Positions 55,022 to 64,000 of a stretch of 64,000 bases of DNA are shown here, piece by piece. This DNA comes from Dimorphilus gyrociliatus (lineage: Eukaryota > Animalia > Annelida). The notes beneath the pieces were generated by a model that had not been told where the DNA came from, ran no database searches, and saw only the letters and a program-made list of their open reading frames with translations. The position numbers and the translations under genes are program-made. The stretch lies in the NCBI GenBank assembly GCA_904063045.1, contig CAJFCJ010000014.1, positions 1,919,643 to 1,983,642 on the forward strand. Direction: 5' to 3'. Within the stretch, counting starts at the first letter, position 1; every line of letters begins with the position of its first letter.

Positions 55022-56469
55022 CTAGCTTGATGAATTAAAAGTTAAAAAATGTCTTATTGACTCAAAACAACATTTATATAATACAATAGACTGAAGACAT
55101 CCGTAAAAGTATAGCAGTTTCCTGTAAAAATAGTTTGTAAATAAGGTAAAGGTTAATTGGTATACTTAAATTAATTAAATCTTACTCGTAGTCATTTGTA
55201 CTTTGACATTTCTCCTTATTCCTGATACCATTAACCTTTAAGGCTTGGTAAGCGTTTTGTAAATAAATATTCCATGTTGCAATTGTTATTATTATATATA
55301 ACAGCAGGTTAAAGATTAATATTATGTTTAAAATTTTATGGATACTTTTTATAGGATAATCGAAACTTTTTAATTTGAATTTCAAGAGAAAGCTCGTTAA
55401 ATATAAAGCAGATCCTGGAGCTAAGATATTCAAAGCAAAGATTATATGAGTATAATCCGACTCGTAACGTAGTTGATATGATATTGCACAATCTTTCGAA
55501 TGATTTTTCATCATTGTTGAATTGATATAGCTTGTAAAGTCAGTTTCACTCATTACTGTATCAATTCTATATCCATCGTTCATAATAATAAATATAGTTG
55601 CAGGTATTATAAATATCTCTATTATCAATAGTGACGAAAATTCAATAAAGAATAAAGAATCATTAAATAAGACCTTTACAGTCCCCTTTTTAACGAGTAA
55701 TTCTTCTTGGCGTAATGCATGATTATTAGTCTGCATTGTTAGTGATTTATCAAGCGATTTTTCTCCAAAAAAGGATTTAATAAAAAATGTTACATATAGA
55801 GAAATACTTCCGATCAAATAGAAAAATGATGGAATTCCAATTGTAAAGAATATGCCAACAATTAATCTATGAATGCTATTCAAATATTGTAATTATTAAT
55901 AAATGAATGATATTCCTATTTTATAACTCACGAGAATTCACTTTCTTGTATTTTAAATTTATTCAAGTGAAGATTATTATGAGCAGATTTGAAAAAGGTA
56001 ATATAAATGCATATAATAAATCCTGAGGAGTAGTTCAAACCCATAACAATATAAAAAGGTATTTGAAATTTCTCTCCAACAACTTTGATGTAAATTGGAT
56101 GGAATTTAATAGGTAATAATATAAAAATTGAATAAAGTATGAGTGATAAGGCGACTAGTTGGCAATTCCTGAAAATGTATAGTATATATCGTTAATATAA
56201 TTTAATTTGATAATTGATGTCTTGTACCAGTTTCCAACGGATTCCAAATGAACAACTATTGAATTATTATTATCAATATCGGAGAGATTTTTTATATCCT
56301 CATAACTTATTATCTTTGCAAGAGATAATCCTCTTTTCAAGCGTATCTGTTCAATCTTACTTATCTTTGACGAAGTATTTTTGAATGCTATAAAGTTAGC
56401 AATTGGGATTGCTATGACAGCTATTATGATTGATGAAACAAGTAATATACATTTGACTGTGGCAGACAT
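55022..56469 (-). CDS. Orphan multi-pass membrane protein with two tandem 4-TM modules; exons 56469-56228, 56168-55932, 55875-55186, 55121-55022 (~422 aa)
   Basis: Three GT-AG introns (59, 56, 64 nt; all phase 2) join the ORF-track fragments in frame. About eight hydrophobic segments. Start codon tentative. Confidence 0.6.
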
Positions 56470-57081
56470 CTTGGAAAAATGATAGAATGATATATTCAAT
56501 GACTCATTGATTATTTTAGCAACCATGACAAACACAGTTGCAAACTTGAACAAACTGTATTAGAATATAGTGAACCAATACATGTATATAAATATGTAAA
56601 ATAGATAACTATTTATATTTCATAGAATACAAGAAATTTTATTATTTCAACTTAATGATATATTGATAAGTATAGGGAAAAACAAGGAGCAAATGTTGAA
56701 AAGTATTTAAAATTCTCTCTTCTAATTATAAAATTAACTATTCAATTTGTTTGGACATGTTCATTGTGTTTTTTGTTATTGAAATTCAATACATTTTAAA
56801 TAAAATTAAGGTCAAAGAATTAACTAATTTTTGTTAAAAACCAACGCATGTGTAACCTTAGTTCAACAATCTATTTGTATTTAAATTAAAATATTTTAGA
56901 TAAAGTATTAGTCTGGATTAGAAAATCATACAAAAAGGATTATACATCATTAATTCCTCCAAAATTAAAATTGACAAAGCAAATAGCAAAATTGAATAAT
57001 CCTGTTTTTGCTTTGTTGCAGGCTAGTTTCCTCTATAACTGATATATTTTATACATATACATATATGTATATATATATATA

Positions 57082-57756
57082 ATGGATAGGGAAACTGAAG
57101 GAAGAAAGGGAATATTGAAATTTATCATACCGTTCTGTGTATTCAGTGTTTTATTCATCTACTTTTTTGTGATTGGAATGGCTATGTATAGTCAGTAAGT
57201 ATATAATTTTTAATACATTGTTATAAATAATTTATTCTTTGCTCGCATCAATTTATTCCCCTCCATATATTAACAGAGGAGTTTCTCTTTATGGAATTTG
57301 TATTGCCTTCTCTCTTTCATGCTATTCTTTTGGATTTTTTTATTTTATTCTTAGAAAATACACGTATCAATTGTTCTCATGGTGCAAATTGACAAATCGA
57401 CGCAGGAGAATTGATAATCAATCGTCGCCTTCATCTGAATCATATACTAACTTACAAGTAACAAGATTACCATTTACTGTATGTAATATAAAAGAATCTT
57501 AATTTTTAGACAAGAAATTCTATATTTTCTTTTAAAAGACAGTTTCAAAAATACCAAATGAGCAAGCGAGAGGGAATTGTGGAATGGCAATGCCACCTAT
57601 TGTGAGTACAGTGAATTAAATAAAAAATTTCATTTATATACTTGTACGTCCTTGATTCTTCTTTACTAGTATTCTTCAACTGTTGATCTCTCTGAACAAC
57701 CTCCAGAATATTCATCAATACCTCCAAGCTACAATGCAGTTGTTAGACATATCTAA
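57082..57756 (+). CDS. Orphan two-TM protein with PPxY tail; exons 57082-57194, 57277-57457, 57539-57601, 57670-57756 (~147 aa)
   Basis: Two hydrophobic segments, basic RRRR, and C-terminal QPPEYSSIPPSYNAV. Junctions are GT-AG and in frame. Confidence 0.65.
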
Positions 57757-59143
57757 GAAGAGTTTACCGCCTTCAAGATAAAAAAACAAAGATGAAATAT
57801 AGTGATTTTTCATAATCTGTCCAACAATTTATCATTCTGTTAAATGACTAGCTCTAAATCTATTTAACTAAAATATAAACCTTAAATATCAATATGATCT
57901 TTCAGCATGTGTATTTTAAAGAATAGTCATAGAGTCAGTTTCTTCCAAAATTTTATGAAAAAGGTAGTCTACTTTCAAATTTGAATTTACTTTTCTGTCT
58001 GTCTATTAGTGAGATACTTTTAATAGAAATTAAAATGATCATAACTTATCCATCTTTAGTTGAGAATTATAAAATCTTTTTCTTATGTAGTTTGTAATAA
58101 ATAAAGATTTTATTATAAGAATACTCCTTTTGGCTTATTAGTATGGTATATACTGTATATAAATTTATATATAAATAATATCTGCTTAATAAATATAGGA
58201 TAAGAATGTAACAACATAGTTATTAAACTTTGAAAAGAGCCAATTATAAAAGGTAATAGAAAACTTTCTTACCACGAAAATAAATTCATAATATCGATTA
58301 TTAAATCTTTATACTATACAGTATATATACTTTTATATAAACAGTATATATTTATATTTAAAATAATCGTTTTTAATGGTTGTTAGTGTAATATTATAGT
58401 AGAGAAGTATAATATTATGATTTTATTTCTTGTTTCTCTGCCGTACATTATAATTAGTTTCGTTATTAATTACTATAATTTACTATTAACAATGTAACTA
58501 GTTAAATGATGATTCGTCTATTATTAATGTGCAAATTTCATAATACATTGATAAATGAAACTATTTTTGTATATTTGGATCTGATTTATAAGTGACAAAG
58601 ATATATTATATGTTGTATTTGTATGAATGACATTTAGACAAGGATTTTATCCTAAAACTGCCTGAAAAATTTACAATTATTGCTGTACAAACGATATAAT
58701 TCATTATGTTAACATTCTTTGTATAATTTTTTCAACTGCTATTAACGTAGGTTGAACTTCCGGGATATTAAATCTAATATTTTATGGTATCGATCATTTA
58801 GGAGAGCCGAACTGTATCTATACCTAACAAACATTTATTTAGTAGCTAAGGATAGGAGGCTTATATTGGACAAGGCCAGGGAATGGGCCAAAACTATATT
58901 GCATTATATTTTTCTAATCAGCCTATCATCTCTTTACAATTGAAACACCAAGAAGGACATTAATCACACAGGAAGTTCTCAGAGCAATCTATGTAAAGGT
59001 CTTAACGAACAGAAGATTTATTTTGAAATTATTTACATATATTTTATAGAGAGAAACTAAAATCATTTAATTTAACTCTTGGGAATAGTTGAGAATAAGT
59101 TGGAATTTTATTCTACTTCTTGTTTATATAGCATTTTAGAAAT

Positions 59144-60258
59144 ATGAAATGGTCTTCCGTATTAATATTTGGAATAGTTTCAATATTTTTCGGTCTTTTT
59201 CTACTATCTACACCAATATCATCAATCATTATTTGGTTGGGGAGCAACTTCGATGTTGAGATTATTCAATTACACAATACAACCGGAAATGTAACAAATA
59301 GTAAACATATTTCAGTGTCTTCTTTGAAAAATATTACAGCAGAGAATGACTTCAATTTCAGATTTTTGATAACTTCAAATGTTGCGGGGTAAATTTTAGA
59401 CGATAATATTTGTTTATAGTACTTCCTTCATGTTTAATTTTATTCGATTAGATTGTATGGTCCATTCGTAATCTCCTTAGGAGTATTCACCATCCTAAGT
59501 CTTTTTTGTGTTCTAAAAACTGGTGCCCGAGACTATGATATGACTGGTTTTTGGATAGTTTTTATCATATTAAACTTACCGTGTATTAGTAATATCATTT
59601 ATATTTTGGAAATATTAAAATATGACTCTGGAGATATGAATTTTACAAGTATTAATGTAACGGTCATTGAAAAGTTCTCGTAAGTTTGAACATAATTATA
59701 ATTTTCTAAATATAATATATTATATACTGTATATATTTCCATTACATGTTTAATATATCTTGAAAAGTTCGGTGTCAATTGTAATAATAGTTTATAACTT
59801 CATTTTTGGACTGGGATCGGGAATTTTGTTATGCATTTTGGTACTTTCCGTTGTCTGTTGTTCGATAGCAGATATCTTTTGTAATGGTAAGGAAAAATAT
59901 AATCTAATGAGCTAAATTGAAATAAATGAACTTTTACTTCAGGTTGTAACTATTTAGAGGAGTATAGATTATTTATTTCGATGCGATTTATTAAAGTAAA
60001 CACTGTTAATTGGGTAAAATCAATTAAATTTCGTAATAGAAAATCAAGTCAAGAATATCCTGTTAGTTTTAATAAAATAAACAATATATTAGTAATATTT
60101 ATATAGTAATTTCTATAAACCTAAATGTTAAACAGGCAATAGAAATGAAGTATTTTTCTCAAAACTTTAAAAATCCATCCGAATTTGTAATGTTAAGAAC
60201 CGAAAACGAAACTATGATTAATGTTGGTTTAAAGTCCCAAAATCTTCCAAATAGTTAA
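59144..60258 (+). CDS. Orphan four-TM protein; exons 59144-59388, 59452-59679, 59768-59886, 59943-60061, 60136-60258 (~277 aa)
   Basis: Four hydrophobic segments, N-glycosylation sequons (NTT, NVT, NIT, NFT) in the loops, and a juxtamembrane CC after TM4. Intron phases are 2-2-1-0. Confidence 0.7.
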
Positions 60259-60756
60259 ATCAAGAAAATATCTGCTTAATTGAAAAAAAGCTGACCAAGA
60301 GTCTTTCTTATTTATTAGAGAAAAATGCAAAGAAGAGATGGGATGAGAAGGATGAATAATAAGTATTATATAAAAATTATGAAGTAGAAGATTGTTTTTC
60401 TGTTGTTACCTTTCCAACAAAATTCTCTAAAGTGACTTTCTAATATTATAGAGCTAGTATACACTGTACATTGTACATACATTTATGTATAAGTGTCTGT
60501 ATGTATGTATACATACATACATTCATTAATTTACGTTCATGAAAAATATTGAATAAATGAAATTTAGATAAACATCTGTTGCGCATAACTCAAATCAATA
60601 AAGCCACCCAACATATAGATATATACATATAATTGTATCAAGAAACAAACCAAATAACTTATATTTTATAATTCAATGTTAACAAGTGGTCAATCAATTA
60701 TTTTCCGATATTCAATTAAAACATATCAACAAGTTTAGCTTATAAGGATTAAAAAA

Positions 60757-61923
60757 ATGGACAAATTTAGAAATAAATACGAGTTTTTATTGTTTTTAAT
60801 ATTGTTAATAACTCAGATATTTTCAATTGGCTTTTTAACAACTTTCGTCTGGATTGAAGCAAATAAAATTAACTATTTTGGATTAAATAAAGGGTAAATT
60901 ATCAATTTTTACTTTAATCTAAATGATTTACTGTTCTTTTTCAATGTATACTATATATATATATAGTTTGATATTTTCAACATATTCTTACAGGAGATCT
61001 AGTTCTGCAATATTAATTTTTGAACTTTATATTATGATGAGCTATCCTTATTTGATATATTTCTTTGGTAGTCGATTAAAGAGAATATTCTTCTTTGTAT
61101 ATTGTTATACATTATCTATTGTTCTAATGCCGTTCTTTTCTCAATTCATCAAATATTATCAAGTAAACTTTGAAATTATGGATAATACTATACAACGTAA
61201 CGATACTACTGAATCGTATGTATTATTTGTATTCATTTTTACAACATCAAGTAGCTATAACTCTATTTTCAGGAATTTTTCTATTAACAACACAATATTA
61301 GCCTTTGGTATAATGATGATGCTTGAATTAAACACTATTACGTTATTTTTACCGTGTTTCTGTTGGGTTTTGTGCTTGGATAATAAAACTTTGCACAATC
61401 ATAGAATTAAGGTTGGAGGTTAACATATATATTGTCTTTTTTGGGGGAGTAGTTTTTTTATATTTCATAATAGTAATATCCTATAATTTTTCGTTGAAGA
61501 CTGATTCTTCTAGCGATGAGGAGCCTGACGGTGATCGTAATGACGAATTTAATATTCAAGAGGAGGCGGAGGAGGAAGAGACGCCTGAAATATATGTTAG
61601 AGAGAGATCTCATTCTCTTGGTCATTATCGTGTTTCTGTATGTGTACATTTTAAAATAGTATAAATATAAGTGAAATATAAATATTATCATCCTAAAACA
61701 GACTATTCAGGATCAAATAGGATTTTTGGAAGGATGTGATATCGAAGTTAGAAATCAAGCAGCAAGTCCACCTAGTTATAGATCAAGAGCGCCAAGTTAT
61801 TCATCACAACCACCTTCATATTCGGATACGATTTTCAACGATGACGACACATCAGCTATCAGTCGAGAAGAGATAATCTTAGGAATAACAAATGGATCGG
61901 GATTGACTGAATATCCAATATGA
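60757..61923 (+). CDS. Orphan four-TM protein with acidic tail and PPxY motifs; exons 60757-60893, 60994-61215, 61273-61418, 61474-61637, ~61711-61923
   Basis: Four hydrophobic segments, CFCWVLC after TM4, acidic SSDEEPD...EEAEEEE, and SPPSYRSRAPSYSSQPPSY. Intron phases are 2-2-1-0. Confidence 0.7.
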
Positions 61924-62224
61924 AAATTTTTAGTGTTCAATAGACGTCTTTTTTACAATTTATAAAACATGTAGATAGATTAAACTTTTTATTAATAAAT
62001 CTGAAGTCATAAAGTATAAATTTTATATCTATGAGTTGTATAAGTGCAGTAAATCCTTTCATGAGACACTTCTAAATAATGTTTAAGTAGATTTATAATT
62101 GATGAATCTCAATCGATGTTCTATTGTTTTATCAGTTTATGGTATTGGCTGCATACAGCGCTTGGAATTCATTTGACTTTCAGTAATTTTCATGCAATAT
62201 CAAGAAAGCTTTTTAAATGTTCAA

Positions 62225-63846
62225 ATGCTGTGGAATATTATCCTAATTTTTTCACTTATCCTTTCTTCTGGTAGTTATACTTTTCGGAGTATTCTGACGA
62301 GAATTTTTTAATTTTTTAATCAACAGCCTGCTCCCAAAATAGTTGCCAAGCTGGTTTTCAACTTAAAGGAAAGGGTTGTTATAAGATCTACACAAATTTG
62401 GCTTCTGGTGATCAAGCTAAACAGATATGTGAAACTGACGGATATTCATTAGCAAGTTTATATCTTAAAGAGAGTTACGAGGCTGTTAATGAATGGTTAA
62501 ATTCTGGAGGTATATTTTGGTTTAATTTTTGAACAAGATAAAATGAATATTCTGTTAATTTAGTCATAACGGACTCCTGCTTATTAAACGGCGCCTATGA
62601 TACAGCTAAGAAACGTTGGTACTGGAATACAAAATTTGGTCCTGTTGAATTTGATTTTAATTGGGTCCAGTTTGCTGTAGGTGAACCGAATAATGTGAGT
62701 TACTTTTAATGAATACTATTATCATAGCTGATTTGGAAGTTAAATACCCTTTTTCAAAATTTCCTCTTCAGTTAAAAATTGTTAAATTTTAATTATTATA
62801 ATGTAGAGCAGAAAATTATTGATGTTTTTGCAAAATGGCTACTGAATTGGCTGATCATTTAACAGTTGTATCCAATGATAATGTGGGAAAATTTTATTAT
62901 TTTATCCCGCAGTTAAATATCTCCTCTATGTCTTTAATAGTTTATTATATTCGAAATGCCAATAATAGGCATTTCTATCGGAATGTTGGACATAAGAAAG
63001 ATATTGAATAAAACGTAAAATTACTAGGCTTGAAAATATTCAGATAATCTGTTCAAAGTATATAGAAAAAACATATCAAACAACGGAACAGTGGTATATA
63101 CAGTATATCAAAAATATCAACTCCCAACATTTCAAAAGTTAAGGATGAAAAAATTCTTTGAAAGGTTTTACGAATAAAAATGGAGCAGTATCTAAATGGG
63201 GCTGCTTAAAGTCAGATAGAATCAAAGAAATTAAACTGTGTAATGGATACATCGATATCATTAAATACCAAAGATATTAAAAGGAAACCTTTCCGTTTTA
63301 TTTGAAAGACATAATACACCGATACAGGATGGAACGAAGTCCAATACAAAGACTGACCAGCCAACAGTCCTGAGCTCAATATAACCGAAAACTTATTGGC
63401 GTACATAAAAAAAACCGTATGCCAAAGCATGAAATGAGCAATTACGATGATTTATGGATAAACAGGGAAATTTCACAAAGTACCTAAAGTTTTCACAAAA
63501 GACTTAGACTGTATAAAAAAATCTTTGTTATAGTATAAAATATTACAAATGAAAATATACATTACTTCGTCATACAGTATATGAAATATACTAAAACATT
63601 GTCAAAATGTAAAAATAGAACACTTTTTATCTGTAATAGAGAATTATTCTCAAATATTTATCACCTTCCGATATTAGATGATCAGTCAAGTTAGTAGCCT
63701 TTTCGATATTGTATAGTATATATTCGTTACATTTTAGATTAATTCACCACACAATGCAGCTTTTTTAAAAAAAGCACCTAGTACAGAGTTCCATCTGGAT
63801 GATTGGACAAAACCTTCAAAAGCCGATCACTTTCTTTGCGAAGATG
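62225..63846 (+). CDS. C-type lectin domain protein (3'-partial or alternatively terminated); exons 62225-62270, 62327-62509, 62564-62694, 63738-63846
   Basis: Signal peptide, SCQAGFQLKGKGCYKIY, AKQICETDGYSLASL, WYW, FAVGEPNN, and a distal exon ending HLDDWTKPSKADHFLCED followed by a GT donor. Confidence 0.75.
63181..63530 (+). mobile_element. Degenerate Tc1/mariner (DD34E-type) transposase fragment
   Basis: GAVSKWGCLKSDRIKEIKLCNGYIDIIKYQ resembles GSVMVWGCF...G.MD...Y. A frameshifted FERHNTPIQ resembles FQQDNAPxH. D*PANSPELNITENLLAYIKKTV resembles WPxQSPDLNPIENLWxxLK. Several stops and frameshifts; no TIRs recognised. Confidence 0.75.
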
Positions 63847-64000
63847 GTATGTTAAAAACATTTAAAGATCTTGAAATACATTCAAATTGCATCAAGAGTT
63901 ACAATAATTTATATATTTAAAATATCAACTACATTTTCAAACATAAACATAATGGGATAATAGTAACATATACAAAAGGAATTTACATTAAATTGGCTAT

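Noticed and set aside
58752-58943. 63-aa ORF with RRLILDKAREWAK, faintly like a Tc1 transposase RLxWAK segment
   Set aside because: It has a TTG start, only a few matching residues and no other transposase motifs nearby.
59668-59770. 10-bp direct repeat TGAAAAGTTC near both ends of an intron (possible recent intron gain)
   Set aside because: The equivalent phase-2 intron is present in the putative paralogues, so it is probably old, and a 10-mer match in AT-rich DNA is weak evidence.
62807-62880. Stretch with TGA codons resembling a lectin C-terminus (possible TGA recoding or Sec)
   Set aside because: All three frames close quickly, no other gene here shows TGA recoding, and better exons exist at 62913 and 63738.

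Overview
AT-rich eukaryotic (metazoan) genomic DNA with very compact organisation: about 24 protein-coding genes, mostly 55-110 nt GT-AG introns and short intergenic spacers. I saw no prokaryotic features, rRNA, tRNA or CRISPR. I reconstructed exon structures by hand from the ORF track plus splice sites; TTG/GTG starts in the track are artefacts. Recognisable genes in order: InaF-motif protein, SLC25A29, TSSK-like kinase, CMIP, HGH1, GOLGA2/GM130, aftiphilin, a KNL1-like protein (SILK+RVSF+MELT-like motifs), lysosomal alpha-mannosidase, SCFD1/Sly1, CCDC57, MCAT, DDIAS, a Cys-rich type-I membrane protein, calcipressin/RCAN, CCDC86, an intronless RING-Bbox-CC-beta-propeller TRIM, a sushi membrane protein and BLOC1S4. 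These are followed by an accessory-looking region (55-64 kb) of orphan membrane proteins and a C-type lectin with a Tc1/mariner fossil in its intron. The best candidates for something undescribed are (i) a cluster of highly diverged four-TM membrane-protein paralogues, recognisable mainly by shared intron phases, two genes of which carry PPxY tails, and (ii) a KNL1-like protein that apparently lacks the C-terminal RWD module. The architecture fits a miniaturised invertebrate genome such as the annelid Dimorphilus gyrociliatus, but that species assignment is an unverified inference. Family assignments are from recalled motifs, not database searches.
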